DNA of 39,813 nucleotides from Gammaproteobacteria bacterium (GTDB taxonomy: Bacteria > Pseudomonadota > Gammaproteobacteria > Steroidobacterales > UBA11654), in assembly GCA_012965065.1 (NCBI GenBank), contig DTSX01000112.1:23883-63695 (forward strand), in the 5' to 3' direction. The notes under the pieces are model-generated. The model saw nothing but the letters and a program-made list of their open reading frames with translations. It was not told the DNA's origin and did no database searches. The position numbers and the translations under genes are program-made. How positions within the stretch are numbered: position 1 is the first letter of the stretch; every line of letters starts with the position of its first letter. Below are positions 32,752 to 39,813 of this stretch, piece by piece.

Positions 32752-33633
32752 TCATTCACTTGCATCGACTTGTGCCTTGACTTCCTCTGCAAAATTTTTC
32801 TCTTCCTTCTCTATTCCATCACCAACTTCATATCTTACAAAAAGATTTACATTTGCATTCGATTTTTTTAACAATTGAGAAACCTTTAAATCTGAGTCCT
32901 TTATGTATTCTTGGCCAAGTAATGTTATTTCATTCAGTCGTTTATTTAACTTACCTGTGACTATTTTCTCCAGAATCTCCTGAGGTTTTCCTTCTTTTTC
33001 AGCTTGCAGCCTAAGGATCCTTGACTCCGTTTCTATCATTTCATCTGGAATCTCTCCTTGGTCAATATATTCCGGTTTTAAGGCAGCAATTTGCATAGCC
33101 AAATCCTTTGCTAGTCCGGTATTATCTATATCTAAATCAACTAAGGCTGCTATTTTTCTTCCATGTATGTAAGTTCCCAAGGTACCGTCAAAAAAAATTC
33201 TTCTGAACCTCCTGATACTGATGTTCTCACCTAATTTAGCAACAACAAATATCCGGTATTCCTCAACATTATTGAAGCCTTCGATGGCGGCATCCATGAG
33301 TTCTTTGATGGTTTCAATATTTGTGCTCAGCAACAATTTGGAGATTGTATCCGTGAATTCAATGAAATAATCATCTTTGGCAGCGAAATCAGTCTCACAA
33401 TTGACTTCCAAGATAATTGCAAGATGCTTGGGTTCGTTAACTTCTATAGAGACCATCCCTTGGGCGGCAATTCTAGCTGATTTGCTATCTGCTTGGCTTT
33501 TCCCTTTCTCTTTTAACAAGAGCTTTGCCTTTGCAAAATCACCATGAGATTCCAACAAAGCTTTCTTGCAATCCATCATGCCAGCATTTGTGAGGTCCCT
33601 AAGTTCTTTTACATCAGCTGCCGAGATTTTCAT
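32752..33633 (-). CDS. tsf: Elongation factor Ts
   Basis: VKELRDLTNAGMMDCKKAL and EVNCETDFAA. Confidence 0.97.
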   Translation of the reverse strand: MKISAADVKELRDLTNAGMMDCKKALLESHGDFAKAKLLLKEKGKSQADSKSARIAAQGMVSIEVNEPKHLAIILEVNCETDFAAKDDYFIEFTDTISKLLLSTNIETIKELMDAAIEGFNNVEEYRIFVVAKLGENISIRRFRRIFFDGTLGTYIHGRKIAALVDLDIDNTGLAKDLAMQIAALKPEYIDQGEIPDEMIETESRILRLQAEKEGKPQEILEKIVTGKLNKRLNEITLLGQEYIKDSDLKVSQLLKKSNANVNLFVRYEVGDGIEKEEKNFAEEVKAQVDASE

Positions 33634-33650
33634 CTAGAAACCCCTCTCAA

Positions 33651-34694
33651 TTAAGATTTCTCCTGATCACTTTCAACCCCAGATTCTTTAGACTGATCAA
33701 GATCTTGTTCATCTTTGGACTCATCGTCACTTGGTACCTCAACAGCAGTTGATTCTGCAGATGACGGTTGTGATTCTTCCTGTGAAAGTTCTTCTTGCTT
33801 GTCTACAGAAGGTTCCTTCGGTTCACTTGTAAGATTAATTTTTTTATTTTCTTTCGCAGTTGCAAGGTCGCTGTTATCTTCTGGTTTCTGATTTTCAGGT
33901 TCTTTTTGTTCAACCACGGTGATCTTTCTCTTGCGTCTAATTCTTTTGTTGGAAATTTTTCCTTTAGCATCAACTTCAACAAAGTCATCCTCTATGTCAT
34001 CCAAAAGAGGAACGGATTTTTTACCTTTTAAAAATGCTTTTACAATTGTTGTTGTGATCAGCTTAGCAGTACTTCTTGAATCGTCATTGGATGGAATAAT
34101 ATAGTCAATATCCTCCGGCGAAGAGTTGGAATCGACAATGCTTATGATTGGTATCGCCAATGCCTTGGCTTCCTGAACGGCATTTCTCTCATAATTCACA
34201 TCAATGATGAAAATTGCGTCTGGTAATTTCTTCATATTTCTTATACCGCCTAAGCCTCTGTCTAACTTTTCATAGTCTCTCCTCAAGGTAAGTATTTCTT
34301 TTTTACTTAAATTTTCCGTATTTTCAGCCTTCAATGATTGTTCCAGATCTTCAAGTTTCTTTATTGATTTTGATATGGTTTCATTATTAGTCAGCGTACC
34401 CCCTAACCACCTGTTTGAAACGTAGGGCATATTGCAGTCCAAACCTGCATCTTTAATCTCATTCTTAACTGCAGGTTTGGTGCCAACAAATAAGATAGTC
34501 CCTGATTCTGCCCCGATATTTTCAACAAAGGCACAGGCTTCAGAGAACAGAGGCATGGTTTTTTCTAGGTTAATGATGTGAATCCCGTTGCGCTTACCAT
34601 AAATATATGGAGCCATTTTTGGATTCCAATACCTCGTTTTGTGACCGAAGTGGGCGCCAGCTTCAAGCATCTGGCGTAACGTAATATTTTCCAT
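33651..34694 (-). CDS. rpsB: 30S ribosomal protein S2 with a long charged C-terminal extension
   Basis: MLEAGAHFGH, WNPKM, RWLGGTLTN and IPSNDD; 347 aa. Confidence 0.97.
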   Translation of the reverse strand: MENITLRQMLEAGAHFGHKTRYWNPKMAPYIYGKRNGIHIINLEKTMPLFSEACAFVENIGAESGTILFVGTKPAVKNEIKDAGLDCNMPYVSNRWLGGTLTNNETISKSIKKLEDLEQSLKAENTENLSKKEILTLRRDYEKLDRGLGGIRNMKKLPDAIFIIDVNYERNAVQEAKALAIPIISIVDSNSSPEDIDYIIPSNDDSRSTAKLITTTIVKAFLKGKKSVPLLDDIEDDFVEVDAKGKISNKRIRRKRKITVVEQKEPENQKPEDNSDLATAKENKKINLTSEPKEPSVDKQEELSQEESQPSSAESTAVEVPSDDESKDEQDLDQSKESGVESDQEKS

Positions 34695-34707
34695 TTTTTT
34701 CCTTTTT

Positions 34708-34786
34708 GGGTTTAAACTCCCATAAATCCCATATGAAACTTTCCAAAATTACTCGTAAGCACCCATCATATGTGTCGATTTATGTT
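34708..34786 (-). ncRNA. rpsB 5' leader (t44 / S2 autoregulatory RNA)
   Basis: Minus strand ACATAAATC-GAC-ACATATGA-TGGGTG...TCATATG-G-GATTTATG-GGAG-TTTAA-ACCC. It has two stacked stems plus GGGT/ACCC complementarity, matching the layout of the gammaproteobacterial rpsB leader. Confidence 0.8.
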
Positions 34787-34812
34787 CGAATTTTGTGCAA
34801 AATTGCCGAGGT

Positions 34813-34821
34813 TTTATAACA
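34813..34821 (-). promoter_or_regulatory. Extended -10 promoter of rpsB-tsf
   Basis: Minus strand TG-T-TATAAA just upstream of the leader, as in the E. coli rpsB promoter (TGnTATAAA). Confidence 0.6.
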
Positions 34822-34868
34822 TAATAATTCTAAAGCGACAATAAGACTGACAAAAAAACTTATCTCCT

Positions 34869-35639
34869 ATGATGATTGATATTAAAAACGAAGATGATCA
34901 GGAAAAAATGCGAATTGCTGGAAAGTTAGCTTCACAGGTTCTGGATATGATTTCAAATTATGTTGCACCGGGTATAACTACTGGAGAACTGGATCGGATT
35001 TGCCATGATTATATTGTTAATGAACAGAATGCGATTCCTGCAAACCTAAATTACAAAGGTTTTCCTGCCACCATCTGTACTTCAGTAAATCATGTTGTCT
35101 GCCATGGAATTCCAGGTAATAAAAAATTGAAACATGGCGATATCATTAACATAGATGTTACCGTTATCAAAAATGAGTTTCATGGAGATACCAGCAGAAT
35201 GTACCAGGTTGGAAAGCCCACTACCCAGGGTGAACGTATTTCAAAAATAACTTATGAATCATTGTGGCATGGCATAAAAGCAGTGAAACCAGGAAATCAC
35301 TTAGGAGACATTGGGTATGCAATACAAAATCATGCAGAAAAACATGGTTATGCCATCGTAAAAGAATATTGTGGCCATGGAATTGGTAAAATTTATCACG
35401 ACCATCCACAAATTCTCCATTATGGAACTCCCGGTCACGGGATTGAAATAAAAGAAGGAATGACCTTTACCATTGAACCGATGGTCAATGCTGGCGGAGC
35501 ATCAGTGAGGGTATTGCCAGACCAATGGACTGTCGTTACTAGGGATCATTCGCTTTCAGCGCAATGGGAGCATACAATTTTGGTGACCAAAAGTGGCTAC
35601 GAAGTATTGACTCTTGCACCCAGCGAAAACACTTACTGA
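34869..35639 (+). CDS. map: Methionine aminopeptidase type I
   Basis: SVNHVVCHGIP, NIDVTV, GDTSRM, GHGIG, TIEPM and AQWEHT; divergent from rpsB. Confidence 0.98.
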   Translation: MMIDIKNEDDQEKMRIAGKLASQVLDMISNYVAPGITTGELDRICHDYIVNEQNAIPANLNYKGFPATICTSVNHVVCHGIPGNKKLKHGDIINIDVTVIKNEFHGDTSRMYQVGKPTTQGERISKITYESLWHGIKAVKPGNHLGDIGYAIQNHAEKHGYAIVKEYCGHGIGKIYHDHPQILHYGTPGHGIEIKEGMTFTIEPMVNAGGASVRVLPDQWTVVTRDHSLSAQWEHTILVTKSGYEVLTLAPSENTY

Positions 35640-35707
35640 ATCATGTTGTGAAAAATTAGAGCAAAATCTTCACAAAACAATTGATCAACAGTAATAATTA
35701 ACTCTGC

Positions 35708-36208
35708 TCAATTATAGCGCCCTTGATGGATGGTCCAAACTCCATAGCTGCCTAGAAAAATTAACCAAATAATGACCCAAGCCGGCATGCTCAAAAAAGC
35801 GAAAGACCAACTGATTTCAGCGCATTCACCAGAACCACTAAAGACCATTTGGAAAACTTCACTCAATGGAAAATTAGCCATCATAAAATCAAGACCAGGC
35901 CCACACCCTGGAACCTTATCTGGGGGTAGATTTTGAAGCCAGACATGTCTAGCTGCTATCCCTACTCCCGCTGAGCTTATAATCGTCAAAAGTAGTGAAG
36001 CGAAGAATTTTGACTGCTTTGTTTGGGGATGTTTCAAAGCCATTAATAAAAAAGACAGACCTAATGCAATAACTGCCACTCTTTGTAATATACACAAGGG
36101 GCATGGCTCTAAACCCAGCACATATTGTGTGTATAGTGCGTAAGCAATAAGCAAAACAGAGCAAAGGAATCCCGTTAATAATAAATTTCTCCTTGTTATG
36201 CGCATCAT
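35708..36208 (-). CDS. dsbB: Disulfide bond formation protein B
   Basis: LEPCPLCILQR, ARHVWLQ and a second Cys pair (PGCG...GECA). ATG 36208 overlaps the tsaB stop (TGATG). Confidence 0.95.
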   Translation of the reverse strand: MMRITRRNLLLTGFLCSVLLIAYALYTQYVLGLEPCPLCILQRVAVIALGLSFLLMALKHPQTKQSKFFASLLLTIISSAGVGIAARHVWLQNLPPDKVPGCGPGLDFMMANFPLSEVFQMVFSGSGECAEISWSFAFLSMPAWVIIWLIFLGSYGVWTIHQGRYN

Positions 36209-36876
36209 CAATCTGCAACTTGATCCCTAAGGTAATTGGGTAAAGCCTCAAATGATTCTACCCCTTTACCTGATTTAAATTCCCTAATAGCTAGTTTTAT
36301 CATAGTTTTTGCATCAGGCAATATTTCTTGGGCTTGTTCGACAACTTCAACAGAGCATTGTTTCTTCAAATTTGTATATTCTTTCCAACCTTTGCCAACA
36401 CCAAAAAAATTTGTTCCAGAGAAATGAAATGCATCAACGTCAATTAGGCAATCTGAAATCGTTGATGCTACTAAACCATCTTCGGATTTCTGATAACACC
36501 CAAAATAAATCTGTTTTCTTCCTGCGTCCATTACCACGGCTATTTTATCTAAGGAATAGGTTTCCGAAGCAACTTGCGCAATGGTTGCAAGACTGGAAAT
36601 GCTGCAAACAGGTGTTTGCTGCGAATAGGAAATTGCTTGTGTTGCAGCCGCTGCAATTCTTAACCCAGTGAAACGGCCAGGTCCTGAGCCATAAGCTATA
36701 AAATCCAAGTCTTTTAATTCCAACCTTGATTCGGTCAATATGTTATTGATATTCCTGTAAATATCTTGCGCATGATCGATGCAATTCTCTTGGTTAAACT
36801 CAAACAACTCTCCGTCATTCATGGCGGCAAGTGTAAACCTGTCGGTTGAGGTATCAATGGCAATACATTTAGTCAT
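36208..36876 (-). CDS. tsaB: tRNA threonylcarbamoyladenosine biosynthesis protein TsaB
   Basis: IAIDTST, GPGRFTGLRI and C-terminal PNYLR. Confidence 0.95.
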   Translation of the reverse strand: MTKCIAIDTSTDRFTLAAMNDGELFEFNQENCIDHAQDIYRNINNILTESRLELKDLDFIAYGSGPGRFTGLRIAAAATQAISYSQQTPVCSISSLATIAQVASETYSLDKIAVVMDAGRKQIYFGCYQKSEDGLVASTISDCLIDVDAFHFSGTNFFGVGKGWKEYTNLKKQCSVEVVEQAQEILPDAKTMIKLAIREFKSGKGVESFEALPNYLRDQVAD

Positions 36877-36918
36877 ATACAGCTGTGTTGAATGGATTCA
36901 AGAAGAAACAATAAATTA

Positions 36919-36946
36919 ATGACCCAATAATAAACATAGATATAAT
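36919..36946 (+). promoter_or_regulatory. Putative sigma70 promoter of the PEP carboxykinase gene
   Basis: ATGACC (36919-36924), 16-nt spacer, TATAAT (36941-36946), 29 nt before the ATG. Confidence 0.4.
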
Positions 36947-36975
36947 AAACTTCCCCTGCGACTAGAGTAAATTAT

Positions 36976-38724
36976 ATGAATACAACCAATAAAGAGTTGC
37001 AAAATTGGGTTGATCAAGTAGCAAAACTAACCAATCCAACGGCAGTACATTGGTGTGATGGAAGCAACCAAGAGTATCAAAACTTCATCGCTCAAATGCT
37101 TGAGTCTGGGGATTTACTGAAACTCAATCATGAAACTTTCCCAAACTGTTATCTGCATCGATCGGATCAGACAGATGTCGCTAGAGTTGAACACTTGACA
37201 TTTATATGCACTTCCAAGCAGGAGGATGCGGGACCAAACAACAATTGGATGGACCCAGATGAGGCACACAGCAAACTGGATAACTTATTCAAAGATTGCA
37301 TGTCGGGTAGGACGATGTACGTTATTCCATATTGTTTGGGGCCGATAGATTCAGTTTATTCGCGCTGTGGAGTGGAAATTACGGATAGCCCATATGTGGT
37401 GGCAAACATGTTCCTGATGACCCGAATGGGAACAAAAGCCCTGCAAAGAATAGAGACAGAAAATAAGTTTGTTAAAGGAATGCATTCAATCGGAGACCTG
37501 AATCCAGAGAAACGTTTTATCATGCACTTCCCAGAAGAACTAACCATAAGAAGCATCGGTTCAGGTTATGGTGGCAATGCCCTGTTGGGAAAAAAATGTC
37601 ATGCCTTAAGAATAGCCAGTTGGCAAGCCTTAAAGGAGAAATGGCTCGCCGAGCACATGTTAATAGTTGAAATTGAAAATCCAGAAGGAGATAAGTTTTA
37701 CATTGCTGCTGCTTTCCCATCGGCCTGTGGAAAAACAAACCTTGCTATGCTGATACCCCCAGATACTTATCCAGGGTGGAAAGTTAGAACCATTGGTGAT
37801 GACATTGCCTGGCTGCATATGGACAACAGTGGTCGATTCTGGGCAATTAATCCAGAAGCAGGATATTTTGGGGTGGTCCCAGGCACCAACCAAGATACCA
37901 ATCAAAATGCTTATGAGACCCTCAAAAGAGATGCGATTTATACCAACGTCGGCATAACCGACAACAACGAACCCTGGTGGGAAGGAAAATTGGAAGGCAA
38001 CCCAACCAAAGACTGGAAAGGCGATGATTATTCTTCTGACTCCAATCAAGACTGCGCCCACCCCAATTCCAGATTTACCGTTTCTGCCAAAAATAACCCA
38101 GGATACTCAGAGTTAGCAGACTCGCCTTCGGGTGTACCCATTTGTGCCATTATCTTTGGTGGCAGAAGAAGTGAGTTAGCACCTTTGGTTTATGAAGCCA
38201 AAGATTGGAATCATGGTGTTTTGGTCGGAGCCAGCGTGGGTTCGGAAACAACTGCAGCCGCAGCCGGAGATGTGGGTATAGTCAGAAGAGACCCGATGGC
38301 GATGAAGCCTTTCTGTGGTTATAATTTTGCTGACTATTGGCGCCACTGGCTGAGTTTTTCGGAGCAATCACAAAATTTACCTAAAATTTTCCACGTCAAT
38401 TGGTTTAGAAAAAATGATCAAGGCTTTCTCTGGCCTGGTTTTGGAGAAAATCTTCGGGTCTTGGATTGGATTATTCAACGATGCCAGAACAAAATTGACG
38501 CCAAGGAAACACCAATCGGTTATGTGCCTATTAAAGGAGATATTGATACCTCAGGATTGGATATTGCCGATGAGAATTTGGATGCACTGTTCACCATTGA
38601 TCCGGATCAATGGCTGGCTGAAATGAATGAAATTAAAGAATATTTCAATGAATTTGGGGAACGACTCCCGAAGCAACTACTCAATGAGCATGCAAAAGTC
38701 GTGGATGCCCTGAGCAAGAAGTAG
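36976..38724 (+). CDS. pckG: Phosphoenolpyruvate carboxykinase (GTP)
   Basis: DVARVE, GSGYGGNALLGKK, WLAEHM, FPSACGKTNLAM, GDDIAW, HPNSRF and WPGFGENLRVL, all GTP-type motifs. Confidence 0.97.
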   Translation: MNTTNKELQNWVDQVAKLTNPTAVHWCDGSNQEYQNFIAQMLESGDLLKLNHETFPNCYLHRSDQTDVARVEHLTFICTSKQEDAGPNNNWMDPDEAHSKLDNLFKDCMSGRTMYVIPYCLGPIDSVYSRCGVEITDSPYVVANMFLMTRMGTKALQRIETENKFVKGMHSIGDLNPEKRFIMHFPEELTIRSIGSGYGGNALLGKKCHALRIASWQALKEKWLAEHMLIVEIENPEGDKFYIAAAFPSACGKTNLAMLIPPDTYPGWKVRTIGDDIAWLHMDNSGRFWAINPEAGYFGVVPGTNQDTNQNAYETLKRDAIYTNVGITDNNEPWWEGKLEGNPTKDWKGDDYSSDSNQDCAHPNSRFTVSAKNNPGYSELADSPSGVPICAIIFGGRRSELAPLVYEAKDWNHGVLVGASVGSETTAAAAGDVGIVRRDPMAMKPFCGYNFADYWRHWLSFSEQSQNLPKIFHVNWFRKNDQGFLWPGFGENLRVLDWIIQRCQNKIDAKETPIGYVPIKGDIDTSGLDIADENLDALFTIDPDQWLAEMNEIKEYFNEFGERLPKQLLNEHAKVVDALSKK

Positions 38725-38726
38725 AT

Positions 38727-39728
38727 TCAGCACAAACTTTCTTCATAACGCTCAACATAACAAAGCAATTCATCCAAAAATCCAATGGCACTGTTGGATT
38801 TGTGCTGGTTGAGACCGATGAGATTTCGCCACTCTTTGGCGCCTCTCAACCCTCTGAACAGTTGAGCCATATGCCGGGTCATCAAGTGCAGGTTAATGCC
38901 ATCTCCTATTTGGTTTTTGGTGTAGTCAATCATTTCCTTGATTATATGAAATTGCGTGGAATGATTGATTGACTTGCCTTCTGTCATGAAAAAATGCTGC
39001 TGGATCTCTGCAAGAAACAAGGGGTCCTTGTAAGCTTTTCGCCCAATCATTACTCCGTCTAAATGCAGTAAATGTTGTTCAATTTGCTCAATGGAGCTGA
39101 TTTCCCCATTGATTATGATCCTTAGATTATTAAAGTCATTTTTAAGTCGATAAACTTTGTCATAGTCGACCGGTGGAATGGTTCTGTTTTGTTTTGGATT
39201 CAACCCCTGCAAAAATGCTTTTCTGGCATGAATGATAAAGACTTGGCAACCTGCTTCAGACGTTTCAGCTACAAAATCGTACAAGAAATGATAATCGTCT
39301 TTGTCATCAACGCCAATTCTGGTTTTAATGGACAAAGGCAGATCCACCCTATCCCTAACAGCACCGACACAATTAGCAACAAGCAAAGGGTCTCGCATCA
39401 ATGCAGCACCTGCATTGCAGCTTTGTACACGCAGACTAGGGCATCCTATGTTGAGGTTAATTTCATTGTAATTGTATTTGGAAATTATTTTAGCTGCTTC
39501 AGCCATAATGGACGGATCATTGCCTGCAATCTGGATGCCAACAGCTTTTCGGTGATGGTTTTCTTGATGCAAAAATTTCTCAGAAGCGTAGACGATGGCA
39601 TCTGCATGTATCATGGGAGTGTAGAGTTTGAGATCAGGTGCCAACAAATCCACCAGATACCTGAAATGCCGGTCTGTTTGGCCCATCATTGGAGCCACCG
39701 AGATTTGCTTTGTTGTCTCTAAATTCAT
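38727..39728 (-). CDS. dusA: tRNA-dihydrouridine synthase A
   Basis: SVAPMM..TDRHFRY, NLNIGCPS and HARKAFLQGLNPKQNRTIPP. Start set at ATG 39728 because the track's longer start overlaps the tRNA. Confidence 0.93.
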   Translation of the reverse strand: MNLETTKQISVAPMMGQTDRHFRYLVDLLAPDLKLYTPMIHADAIVYASEKFLHQENHHRKAVGIQIAGNDPSIMAEAAKIISKYNYNEINLNIGCPSLRVQSCNAGAALMRDPLLVANCVGAVRDRVDLPLSIKTRIGVDDKDDYHFLYDFVAETSEAGCQVFIIHARKAFLQGLNPKQNRTIPPVDYDKVYRLKNDFNNLRIIINGEISSIEQIEQHLLHLDGVMIGRKAYKDPLFLAEIQQHFFMTEGKSINHSTQFHIIKEMIDYTKNQIGDGINLHLMTRHMAQLFRGLRGAKEWRNLIGLNQHKSNSAIGFLDELLCYVERYEESLC

Positions 39729-39758
39729 GTCCAATAATATAAAAGTACGCTTATATAA

Positions 39759-39813
39759 TGGCGTCCCCAAGGGGATTCGAACCCCTGTTGCCGCCGTGAA
39801 AGGGCGGTGTCCT
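39759..39813 (-). tRNA. tRNA-Glu(TTC), 5' end outside the window
   Basis: Minus strand AGGACACCGCCC-T-TTC-AC-GGCGGCAACAGGGGTTCGAATCCCCTTGGGGACGCCA shows the anticodon stem, TTC anticodon (39798-39800), T-arm GGTTCGAATCC and an encoded CCA. Confidence 0.96.

Noticed and set aside
35646-35675. TTGTGAA...TTCACAA inverted repeat between map and dsbB as a CRP site or terminator
   Set aside because: The TGTGA-TCACA spacing is 18 nt rather than 6, and it lies between convergent genes. The stem is AT-rich with a large loop, too weak to call a terminator.
39189-39722. 177-aa plus-strand ORF and other antisense or alternate-frame ORFs in the track (e.g. 2040..2417, 30992..31396, 37660..38061)
   Set aside because: They lie wholly inside well-conserved genes and show no recognisable motifs, as expected for shadow ORFs.

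Overview
This is a gene-dense, AT-rich housekeeping segment, almost all on the minus strand, from what looks like a streamlined Gammaproteobacterium (inferred from gene order and protein similarity). In order it holds lepA (3' truncated), sdhE, sdhB-A-D-C, ygfZ, lysS, prfB (programmed +1 frameshift), a phage-type PD-(D/E)XK exonuclease, an Mth938-like gene and a 29-aa membrane smORF. Next come yqaA, surE, ftsB, eno, kdsA, pyrG, tilS, accA, dnaE, rnhB, lpxB, lpxA, lpxD, skp, bamA, rseP, cdsA, uppS, frr, pyrH, tsf and rpsB (with its autoregulatory leader). The window ends with map, dsbB, tsaB, a GTP-dependent PEP carboxykinase, dusA and a partial tRNA-Glu(TTC). I found no CRISPR array, integrase, transposase or rRNA, and no multi-gene novel system. 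The most notable points are: (1) a phage/MGME1-like exonuclease in the slot recJ occupies upstream of prfB-lysS in enterobacteria; (2) a translationally coupled 29-aa single-TM smORF missed by the ORF track; (3) dxr and ispDF missing from their usual slots, along with fabZ, nadB-rpoE-rse-degP, truD, pcm, nlpD and glnD; (4) a 3-aa insertion beside the DnaE catalytic aspartates; (5) operator-like palindromes upstream of sdhC and pyrG. All family assignments come from motif recognition, not database searches.
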